Of a stretch of DNA of 64,000 nucleotides, positions 1 through 7,288 are shown piece by piece; within the stretch, counting starts at the first letter, position 1, and each line of letters begins with the position of its first letter. Under the pieces are notes generated by a model. That model was not told the origin of the DNA, ran no database searches, and worked only from the letters and a program-made list of their open reading frames with translations. The stretch is from Clostridia bacterium (lineage in GTDB: Bacteria > Bacillota > Clostridia > Oscillospirales > CAG-272). The stretch covers positions 877 to 64,876 of the forward strand of contig JAFTKM010000020.1 in the NCBI GenBank assembly GCA_017453245.1, read 5' to 3'. A program made the translations under genes and the position numbers.

Positions 1-310
1 GATATACTACTGCGCCGAGAGAAATGAGAAGGGTAATAAAAATTGAATTATCTAGATCACGCAAAATATACCACGCACGCATGATAAAGCCCATTGCGAC
101 AGCACTCAAGGCAAAGCAAAACAGGTTAACTTTTGTTCGTTCGCGAACGATGAGTGCGATTATTCCGCTTATTGCGAGGATCACTATGCCGATAATAAGC
201 GGCAAAGTGGCTTTATTTCCAATAAACAACCCCTTTGAAAGACGTGCCACAACCGAGCAAATCAATAGAAATAAGAACGATGCAGCAGAGACAACGGTGA
301 TTTTTTTCAT
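1..310 (-). CDS. hypothetical membrane protein, N-terminal part only (gene continues past left edge)
   Basis: Minus-strand ATG at 310-308 preceded by AAGGAGA. Translation MKKITVVSAASFLFLLICSVVARLSKGLFIGNKATLPLIIGIVILAISGIIALIV... stays open to position 2 and is hydrophobic. The + ORF 24..350 in the track is its shadow. Confidence 0.55.
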   Translation of the reverse strand, partial: MKKITVVSAASFLFLLICSVVARLSKGLFIGNKATLPLIIGIVILAISGIIALIVRERTKVNLFCFALSAVAMGFIMRAWYILRDLDNSIFITLLISLGAVVY

Positions 311-419
311 ACTCATTCTCCTTTCATTGTCTATTCATATAATAATATGAAGAAAAACGGTTGTCAAGCAAACATATGAATTGTTTATATTCTTTTTACA
401 AAAAACTTAGAAAGACCTA

Positions 420-448
420 TTGACAAAAGGATTTTTATCTGCTATAAT
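420..448 (+). promoter_or_regulatory. sigma-A type promoter of the tRNA cluster
   Basis: TTGACA 420-425, 17-nt spacer, TATAAT 443-448, 15 nt upstream of tRNA-Val. Confidence 0.6.
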
Positions 449-463
449 AGTCAAGCGAAAGAC

Positions 464-539
464 GGAAGGTTAGCTCAGTTGGGAGAGCATCTGCCTTACA
501 AGCAGAGGGTCACAGGTTCGAGCCCTGTACTTTCCACCA
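464..539 (+). tRNA. tRNA-Val (anticodon TAC), CCA encoded
   Basis: Hand-folded cloverleaf: acceptor GGAAGGT/ACTTTCC, D arm GCTCAGTTGGGAGAGC, anticodon stem TCTGC/GCAGA with loop CTTACAA, T arm ACAGG-TTCGAGC-CCTGT, ACCA end. Confidence 0.9.
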
Positions 540-579
540 TAGGAAAAATATGAGGCACAATGTTCGCTGAGAACAATCG

Positions 580-682
580 GGCTCGAAGTAGGAGCGGTAG
601 TGAATGACAGTTAATAACTGTCAGAGCCGCGAATGACCGAGCGCGCAGTTCGCGCGAGAGTCGAGCCCTGTACTTTCCACCA
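580..682 (+). repeat. structured repeat copy 1, ending in an exact duplicate of the tRNA-Val 3' end
   Basis: GGCTCGAAGTAGGAGCGGTA, then hairpin 606-622, then GAGCCGCGAATGACCGAGCGCGCAGTTCGCGCGAGAG. Positions 661-682 are identical to 518-539 of tRNA-Val (22/22). Confidence 0.85.
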
Positions 683-706
683 CGGGAGAAATCCCATACG
701 AAAAAT

Positions 707-783
707 GGCTTGGTAGCTCAGTTGGTTAGAGCGCTAGCCTGTCACGCTAGAGGTCGTGGGTTCGAGCCCCATCCGAGTCGCCA
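707..783 (+). tRNA. tRNA-Asp (anticodon GTC), CCA encoded
   Basis: Acceptor GGCTTGG/CCGAGTC, anticodon stem CTAGC/GCTAG with loop CTGTCAC, T arm GTGGG-TTCGAGC-CCCAT, GCCA end. Confidence 0.9.
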
Positions 784-802
784 TTTTTCGATAAACTCAG
801 AT

Positions 803-907
803 GGCTCGAAGTAGGAGCGGTACTGAATAACAGTCCGGTGGACTGTTAGAGCCGCGAATGACCGAGCGCGCAGTTCGCGCGAGAGTCGAGCCCCATCCGA
901 GTCGCCA
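803..907 (+). repeat. structured repeat copy 2, ending in an exact duplicate of the tRNA-Asp 3' end
   Basis: Same 5' 20 nt and 3' ~37 nt as copy 1, with a different but still perfectly paired hairpin (829-847). Positions 886-907 are identical to 762-783 of tRNA-Asp. Confidence 0.85.
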
Positions 908-927
908 TTCTCAAATTAATATGCCAC

Positions 928-1003
928 GCGGATTTAGCTCATTTGGTAGAGCGCCACCTTGCCAAGGTGGAGGTGGCGGGTTCGAGCCCCGTAATCCGCT
1001 CCA
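928..1003 (+). tRNA. tRNA-Gly (anticodon GCC), CCA encoded
   Basis: Acceptor GCGGATT/AATCCGC, anticodon stem CCACC/GGTGG with loop TTGCCAA, T arm GCGGG-TTCGAGC-CCCGT, TCCA end. Confidence 0.9.
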
Positions 1004-1012
1004 TAAAAGACA

Positions 1013-1039
1013 CCCCGAGTTCACTCGGGGTTGTTTTTT
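1013..1039 (+). terminator. rho-independent terminator
   Basis: CCCCGAG-TTCA-CTCGGGG followed by TTGTTTTTT. Confidence 0.75.
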
Positions 1040-1052
1040 ATCTTCGATTTGG

Positions 1053-1214
1053 GGCTCGAACGAGTTTGAGTTCCATTCGAGTCGCATAGTCCTGAGTCTT
1101 CGTCTTCGCAAGTCTCCGACTTGCCTCACTCCTTGCTTTGTCGAACATCGCTCACAAAAGCAACACTCAGTTGTTTTTGTATCGCTAACCCGTAATCCGC
1201 TCCATAAAAGACAC
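1053..1214. repeat. structured repeat copy 3 (divergent, inverted relative to copies 1 and 2), ending in a duplicate of the tRNA-Gly 3' end plus flank
   Basis: Positions 1189-1214 are identical to 988-1013 (26/26). The core, about 1070-1187, aligns to the reverse complement of 33768-33887 with blocks of 9/10 and 29/36 identity. Confidence 0.75.
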
Positions 1215-1242
1215 TCGACGAGGGTGTCTTTTTTCTTTTTTT
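1208..1242 (+). terminator. rho-independent terminator (probably the original tRNA-Gly terminator)
   Basis: AAGACAC-TCGACGAGG-GTGTCTT followed by a long T run. The 5' arm lies inside the duplicated flank. Confidence 0.7.
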
Positions 1243-1613
1243 CGGTAATAGCAACCTTTCAAACAAACGCGTTACCTGCCATATAACTTAACTATCCAGA
1301 GAGGAACTGTCGGATTGAATATATTTGACAACCGGTAGGGAAGTGTGCATGCAAATTTCGGATCAGGAGTCAAAAACGGGCGTAAATAACTTTTTCTTCC
1401 TATTATATCAATCGCGCGAGAGGGTGTAGAAAATCTGTCAAAGTTTTCAAGGTATGCATATAAAAGCGCATGAATGAATATTCTGCATAAAAAATGATAG
1501 AAAATATGGTAATTATAACTAAAATGCCAATGGATTTTTTGGCAATAATCACCTAAAATTCAATAGATTAATAAAACGAAGAAGGGTATTACAAACTCTC
1601 ATACCCAAAACTC

Positions 1614-1641
1614 TTGACAAAAAGGTATTTATGGGTTATAA
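1614..1641 (+). promoter_or_regulatory. sigma-A type promoter upstream of the SBP gene
   Basis: TTGACA 1614-1619, 16-nt spacer, TATAAT 1636-1641. Confidence 0.55.
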
Positions 1642-1820
1642 TGTTGCTATCATTTTTATTTTATCAAATCGATGAATATTCGATGAATGAAATGAATTTT
1701 TATGCACTGCATATTTACAAATCAGATGCATAAGATAAGGAGCAAATGCTCCGAATTACTTAGTATATATTGGCGAGTGACGCTGTATATAAAATAATAA
1801 CTCTTTGGAGGAAAAGAAAA

Positions 1821-4460
1821 ATGAGTAAGAAAATAATAAGCTTACTTCTCGTTCTCATCATGCTCGTTGGATGCTTCGCTAGCTGCGGTATATTCAAGAA
1901 GCCTGATAACGGTGACAATGAGAACAACGAAAACAATGACAACAACGATGAGCTTGTTATCAAGGAAGGCGACTTTACTTATAAGTCTTGGGCGTCTGCG
2001 CTTGGTACGAACTGGAACCCTCACACGTGGGAGAACGACGCCGATAGCGCAATGATGGGCTACATCGAGTCTCCCCTTGTTGACCTATCCGTTCTTAATA
2101 GCGAAGAAGGCACATATCAGTGGGTTTATGAGATGGCTACTTCCATCACTGACGTAACTGCTGCAAATCAGGCAGACCTTACCAAGTACGGTTCTGTTCT
2201 TCCCGCGGGTAAGACTGCTGCTGACGTGACTGACAGTTACGTATATGAGATTAAGCTCAATCCTAATGCTAAGTGGCAGAATGGCGACCCCATCAATGCC
2301 GATACTTACATCTACTCTATGCAGATGCTTCTCGATTCCAGAATGAGAAACTACCGTGCAAACAACTATATTGACGGTTCTTCTGCTCTTGCAGGCGCTA
2401 TGGGTTACTATAACTCTGAGGCTCCTATCTATTCGCCTACCATCAACTACAATGGTAATGAAAGAGTTCCAGTTGAGCTTCCTGAGGGCACGGACGTTTA
2501 TCTTTCTCTTACTGCTGAGAACATGACTATGGCAAGCTATAGCTTCCAGTTCATGCTTGATTATTATGTTGACGAGGATCTTTACAACGCTCTCAAGGAG
2601 CAGGCTAACGGTTACGGCTACATCAAGGTTACCGAAGATAATCTTAGCGATATCATCACCATTTGTGATCAGTATCTTAGGGCGTTTGGCGCAGATATCT
2701 GGGTTTGGGACTTTATTGAGTCTGCAGAAGGCGAGTACGTTTGGTCTGAGGAAGACGGCGATTACGTTTCTGTAGAGGAAGGTCAGACCGGAACTCATAC
2801 TTACGCACAGGTTCTTGTTGACGGCGAGCCCGTTGTTAACCAGGAGTATCTTGAAGAATTCTTCTTCTATATTTCCGGCTACGGTGAGAAGGTAGAGTGG
2901 GATGCAGTTGGTCTTTACAAGGTTGACGATTACACCATCCGTTACGTATGTAAGACCGCTTACGAGTACAATTACTTCCTTACCTCATGTACCTCTAACT
3001 GGATCGTTCACAAGAAGACCTACGAGGAAAACATGAAGGAAGAGGGCGGCATGCTCGTAACTACTTATGGTACTTCCAAGGATACCACTATGTCCTACGG
3101 TCCTTATAAGATGACCAACTTCGAGGACGACAAGCAGGTTGTTTACGTTCAGAACGAGAACTGGTACGGATATCAGAAGACTGAGTCCGGTTACCTCTAC
3201 TCTGTTACCAACTTTGAGGTTGACGGCAAGAACGTTCAGCAGTATCAGACTACCAAGCTCATCATCGATGTTATGACTCAGGACGCCGCTTACTCCAGAT
3301 TCCTTGCAGGTGAGCTTACAGATTACGCTCCTACCGCTGACGAGCTTACTGAGTATAACCTTTCTGACAGACTTTACAGAGTTGACGAAACCTACACGAT
3401 GAGATGGTTCTTCAACTGTGCGGAGACTACTCTTAAGACTCTTGACACCCAGAACAACCAGAACTCCATCGTTCTTTCTAACTACAACTTCCGTAAGGCA
3501 ATGAGCCTTGCAATCAACAGAGCTGATTTCGTAACCGCTACTGAGGGCTGGAAGCCTGCGTACTCCCTTATGAACCAGCTTTACTACTACGACGTTTACA
3601 ACGATCCTACCTCCTCCTACAGAAACTCCGATGTTGCTATGCAGGCTATCTGTAACCTCTACGGTGTTAAGTACGGCGAAGGAACCATTTATCCTACTCT
3701 TGAGGACGCATACAAGTCCATTACAGGTTACAATCTCACCGAGGCTAAGGCTCTCATGAAGACCGCTTGTGAAGAGCTTGTTGCTGCAGGTCTTTACACC
3801 GCAGGCCAGAACATTAAGATCCAGATTGCTTGGAAGGCAGGCGCACTTGAGGATGCTGATAACGCTCAGCTCGCTAAGCTCAACCAGTACCTTAACGCAG
3901 CTCTTGAGGGCTCCGGATTCGGCACCATCGAGTTTGAGGCAGTCGGTAGCCTTTCCACGAGATATGACGACGTAATCGCTGGCAAGTATGCTATCGGTTG
4001 GGGCGCATGGGGCGGCGCAGCATTCTATCCCTTCGGTATGATGCAGTGCTACATGGATCCTGACTACACCAAGATTCACGAGAGCGGATGCTGGTCTCCT
4101 GCTACCGAGACTCTTACTCTTACCTTCGTTAACTCTAATGGCGAGACTGTTACTGATACTCTTACATGGCAGATTTGGTCTCAGTCCCTTGAGGGTACCG
4201 GTAAGTACGCTACCGAGGACAACGATGTTAAGCTCGCTATCCTTGCACTCCTTGAGGAGAAGTATCTTGGTCAGTACTACTGCATTCCTATGGCAGGAAC
4301 TACCGTTTGTTCGCTTCTTTCCTACCAGGTAGACGAGTACACTCAGGACTACAACATTATGTATAGCTTCGGTGGTTTCCGTCTTATGACTTGGAACTAC
4401 ACTGACGCAGAGTGGACCACATATGTTCAGTCTCAGGGTGGCACCCTTAACTACAAGTAA
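1821..4460 (+). CDS. ABC transporter substrate-binding lipoprotein, family 5 (OppA/DppA-like), unusually large (~879 aa)
   Basis: GGAGG 8 nt before the ATG at 1821. Lipoprotein signal MSKKIISLLLVLIMLVGCFASCG. Family-5 SBP-like sequence, followed by OppBCDF-like genes. The track start at 1770 lacks an RBS. Confidence 0.8.
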   Translation: MSKKIISLLLVLIMLVGCFASCGIFKKPDNGDNENNENNDNNDELVIKEGDFTYKSWASALGTNWNPHTWENDADSAMMGYIESPLVDLSVLNSEEGTYQWVYEMATSITDVTAANQADLTKYGSVLPAGKTAADVTDSYVYEIKLNPNAKWQNGDPINADTYIYSMQMLLDSRMRNYRANNYIDGSSALAGAMGYYNSEAPIYSPTINYNGNERVPVELPEGTDVYLSLTAENMTMASYSFQFMLDYYVDEDLYNALKEQANGYGYIKVTEDNLSDIITICDQYLRAFGADIWVWDFIESAEGEYVWSEEDGDYVSVEEGQTGTHTYAQVLVDGEPVVNQEYLEEFFFYISGYGEKVEWDAVGLYKVDDYTIRYVCKTAYEYNYFLTSCTSNWIVHKKTYEENMKEEGGMLVTTYGTSKDTTMSYGPYKMTNFEDDKQVVYVQNENWYGYQKTESGYLYSVTNFEVDGKNVQQYQTTKLIIDVMTQDAAYSRFLAGELTDYAPTADELTEYNLSDRLYRVDETYTMRWFFNCAETTLKTLDTQNNQNSIVLSNYNFRKAMSLAINRADFVTATEGWKPAYSLMNQLYYYDVYNDPTSSYRNSDVAMQAICNLYGVKYGEGTIYPTLEDAYKSITGYNLTEAKALMKTACEELVAAGLYTAGQNIKIQIAWKAGALEDADNAQLAKLNQYLNAALEGSGFGTIEFEAVGSLSTRYDDVIAGKYAIGWGAWGGAAFYPFGMMQCYMDPDYTKIHESGCWSPATETLTLTFVNSNGETVTDTLTWQIWSQSLEGTGKYATEDNDVKLAILALLEEKYLGQYYCIPMAGTTVCSLLSYQVDEYTQDYNIMYSFGGFRLMTWNYTDAEWTTYVQSQGGTLNYK

Positions 4461-4503
4461 TTTTTCAATTAGATTAAGTTGAAAATTTGACTTTATTGCG
4501 AAT

Positions 4504-4542
4504 AATGGGAGAATTCACATTCTCCCATTGTTTGCGTTTTTT
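4504..4542 (+). terminator. rho-independent terminator or attenuator after the SBP gene
   Basis: AATGGGAGAAT-TCAC-ATTCTCCCATT followed by GTTTGCGTTTTTT. Confidence 0.75.
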
Positions 4543-4631
4543 AGCCGTGGAAAAATGACCGATATTTCAAGGTTTTTTAAGAAAACTTGCATTTGTTCAG
4601 GTTAACATCCCCTCGCCCAAGTTCCGTATTT

Positions 4632-4689
4632 GGACGCGGAGCTGTTAGTCTGTCCTAAAACGCGCGACACGTTCGCGTAGAGTCCGGAC
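4632..4689 (+). repeat. degenerate partial copy of the structured repeat family
   Basis: CGCGCGACACGTTCGCGTAGAGTCCGGAC (4661-4689) parallels GCGCGCAGTTCGCGCGAGAGTCGAGCC of copies 1 and 2. Upstream, GGAGCTGTTAGTCTGTCC parallels GGACTGTTAGAGCC. Confidence 0.4.
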
Positions 4690-4713
4690 ACTACGCAAAG
4701 AAAGGATGAAAAA

Positions 4714-5679
4714 ATGATTAAGTATGTAATTAAAAGACTGATACTTATGTTGATAGCATTATTCTGTATCTCTACAATATGCTTCGTAATGATCAGACTT
4801 TTGCCTATGGTACCTCCGGAAGGAGTTAATGCGGCGCAGACAAAGGTTATTGAAGACATTTGGGAAGCGAGAGGCTATAACAAGCCCATTCTCGTTCAGT
4901 ATGGTATTTATCTTAAGGATATCTTTACCGAGTTTGACTTCGGTACCTCCTGGAAGATAAAGTCAACCTATCCTGTAACCGAGGTATTCTTCCCCCGTTT
5001 GATTCCTACCATTCTTGTGAATCTCTATTCTCTTCTTCTTGCCATACCGCTTGGTATAGCCTTCGGTATATACGCGGCTATCAAGAAGAACAAGTGGCAG
5101 GACCATCTCATTAGCACTATGGTTATGCTCTTTGTATCCGTTCCCAGCTACGTATACGCGTTCCTTGTGCAGTATTTCTTGTACTTCAAGCTCAGATGGT
5201 TCCCTGATACCATCTATTCTCTTGCTGATGCTGGTGGATCTTATTTGACTTGGAAGATGTTCTACAGTATGATTCCTCCGATTCTCGCGCTTTCTTTCGG
5301 TACAGTTGCGGGACTTACAAGATTTACCAGGGCGGAGCTTACCGAGACCCTCACTCAGGATTATATGCTTCTTGCACGTACTAAAGGTTTGACTCGCAGC
5401 CAGGCTACCACGCGTCACGCGCTCAAGAACGCGATGGTGCCGATTCTTCCTATGATCATATCCAGCTTTATCGGAATTCTCTCCGGCTCTATGATCATTG
5501 AGCAGATATTCGCTATTCCCGGCATTGGACAGCTGTACGTCAGAGCGGTACAGCAGCTTGACTACGACGTATTTATGCTTGATAGTATCTTCTATACCTT
5601 CGTAGGACTTCTTGCGGGTATAGTGGTTGATATAAGTTATGGATTTATTGATCCTAGAATTAGAATGGGAGAAAGATAA
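4714..5679 (+). CDS. ABC transporter permease (OppB/DppB-like)
   Basis: N-terminus MIKYVIKRLILMLIALF is typical of OppB. Multi-TM protein with the binding-protein-dependent transport motif region (TKGLTRSQATTRHALKNAMVPILP). Confidence 0.85.
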   Translation: MIKYVIKRLILMLIALFCISTICFVMIRLLPMVPPEGVNAAQTKVIEDIWEARGYNKPILVQYGIYLKDIFTEFDFGTSWKIKSTYPVTEVFFPRLIPTILVNLYSLLLAIPLGIAFGIYAAIKKNKWQDHLISTMVMLFVSVPSYVYAFLVQYFLYFKLRWFPDTIYSLADAGGSYLTWKMFYSMIPPILALSFGTVAGLTRFTRAELTETLTQDYMLLARTKGLTRSQATTRHALKNAMVPILPMIISSFIGILSGSMIIEQIFAIPGIGQLYVRAVQQLDYDVFMLDSIFYTFVGLLAGIVVDISYGFIDPRIRMGER

Positions 5680-5680
5680 T

Positions 5681-7285
5681 ATGGCAAAAGAATTGAATAT
5701 TAACTTGATCCCTAAGGAAAAGCTTGTCTTTGCCAACACGGGCGAGAAGATAAGGGATCAGAAATTTGAAGATAAGCCGATTGGATATTTCCATGATGCT
5801 TGGAATCGTTTTTGCAAAAACAAGGCGTCTATTGTAGCCGCTTTAATCATTATTTGTATAATTTTGTTTGCAATTATAGTGCCTTTCTTCAATGCGAGCG
5901 GCAGCGGTACCAGCGCAGACACTAGATACATGAAGAAAACTCCACGTAATCTTCTTCTTTCTAAAATCGGAATTGCCACAGGCTATGAGACTAGCGAGTA
6001 CCGTGATACCGCACTTATCCAGTTTGCAGCTATCGGTATTGGTTCAAGAGAGGATCTTCTGAACATTCCTACCATTGGAGATGCTCTTGCGGAGGACGAC
6101 TTCCTTCAGCCTGTTAAAAAGATCAACGACTCTTACTCCGTACAACAGGGTAAGAATAAGACTCTCTTCTACGATGCGACCGTAGATACTTATCTTCAGG
6201 TAGGATTCACGTATGAGTACGTTGAGCAGAGCGAGTATGCAAAGATTCTCGCTTGGCAGGAAGAGACAGGCATTCAGGTTCTCTATCCTATGATTGCGGA
6301 GAATGAATATAACTTCTATTATTCTACCAGCGGCGTATCCGATCCGAACTGGTGGTATAAGACCAACAACAAGGGTCAGCCTGTTCGTATCAATCAGTCC
6401 GGAAACGCGACCACTATCAAGTACAATGATATTTCCGAGGTCAAACTCGTTGACAACTATATGCGCGACTCTGAGGGTAATCTTAAGTATTGGACCTACT
6501 CGGGTGGTGGAGATGACACCACTGCTATGTATAAGGTGAGAGTTCTTTACTACAACTACTATCGTTACAACCACGACGGCAGAGAGCCTCAGTTTATTTT
6601 CGGTACTGACAGCGTAGGTTATGATCTTGCTTATCGTATGGCTATCGGTATTCGTCTAAGCCTTATCCTCTCCGTTTGTATATTCGCTATTAACTTCATT
6701 CTCGGCGCTATTTACGGCTCTATCGAGGGTTACTACGGCGGTGCTGCCGATCTTACGATGGAGTTTATCAGCTATATTCTTTCGGGTATCCCCTTCATCG
6801 TTGTATCCACCTTGTTCCAAATGCATCTGGCCGCCAAGGTCGGACCGATACCAAGCTTACTGTTCGCATTCGTTCTGACCGGATGGATAGGTACGGCGAG
6901 CCTTGTAAGAACTCAGTTCTACAGATTTAAGAATCAGGAATACGTTATGGCGGCGAGAACTCTTGGCGCACGTGACAGAAGAATTATTCTTAAGCATATA
7001 TTCCCGAACACGCTCGGTACGATCATTACCTCGTCCGTTCTTGCTATTCCGGGTGTTATCTTCTCCGAATCTATGCTCTCATACCTCGGTATAGTTAACC
7101 TCGGTGGAACAAAGACTACCTCTCTCGGTACGCTCCTTTCTGATGCGTCCACTATCTGGAAGTCTGTTCCTCACCTTATGCTATTCCCGGCAGCGGTTAT
7201 ATCGTTGCTTATGATATGCTTCAACCTGTTCGGCAACGGTCTTCGTGACGCATTCAATCCATCGCTAAGAGGAGTGGAGGAGTAA
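5681..7285 (+). CDS. ABC transporter permease (OppC/DppC-like) with a ~260-aa extracytoplasmic loop after TM1
   Basis: The ATG at 5681 follows GGGAGAAAG and the upstream stop. The C-terminal half is OppC-like (RTLGARDRRIILKHIFPNTLG). Confidence 0.8.
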   Translation: MAKELNINLIPKEKLVFANTGEKIRDQKFEDKPIGYFHDAWNRFCKNKASIVAALIIICIILFAIIVPFFNASGSGTSADTRYMKKTPRNLLLSKIGIATGYETSEYRDTALIQFAAIGIGSREDLLNIPTIGDALAEDDFLQPVKKINDSYSVQQGKNKTLFYDATVDTYLQVGFTYEYVEQSEYAKILAWQEETGIQVLYPMIAENEYNFYYSTSGVSDPNWWYKTNNKGQPVRINQSGNATTIKYNDISEVKLVDNYMRDSEGNLKYWTYSGGGDDTTAMYKVRVLYYNYYRYNHDGREPQFIFGTDSVGYDLAYRMAIGIRLSLILSVCIFAINFILGAIYGSIEGYYGGAADLTMEFISYILSGIPFIVVSTLFQMHLAAKVGPIPSLLFAFVLTGWIGTASLVRTQFYRFKNQEYVMAARTLGARDRRIILKHIFPNTLGTIITSSVLAIPGVIFSESMLSYLGIVNLGGTKTTSLGTLLSDASTIWKSVPHLMLFPAAVISLLMICFNLFGNGLRDAFNPSLRGVEE

Positions 7286-7288
7286 TAA

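Noticed and set aside
24-350. 108-aa + strand ORF at the left edge
   Set aside because: There is no RBS and the composition is odd. The opposite strand has a better gene (ATG 310 with AAGGAGA, hydrophobic product), so this is treated as a shadow ORF.
580-682. Idea that repeat copy plus orphan tRNA 3' end folds into a complete tRNA-like molecule or encodes a micropeptide
   Set aside because: Only copy 2 has a 5' end (GGCTCGA) able to pair with its orphan acceptor strand, and copy 1 does not. The short ORFs (for example MTVNNCQSRE in copy 1) are not conserved between copies.
858-1286. 142-aa + ORF and 72-aa minus-strand ORF across the tRNA region
   Set aside because: They run through tRNA-Gly, the repeats and two terminators. 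There is no RBS, so they are artefacts of GC-rich structured DNA.
1770-1820. Upstream extensions of ORFs given in the track (1770 for the SBP, 5639 for oppC-like, 11341 for thyX-like, 22505 for glnA, 37278 for the permease, 41271 for AraC, 56462 for lplB-like)
   Set aside because: In each case an internal ATG has a much better Shine-Dalgarno sequence or fits operon junctions or signal peptides. The shorter starts were preferred, although they are not proven.
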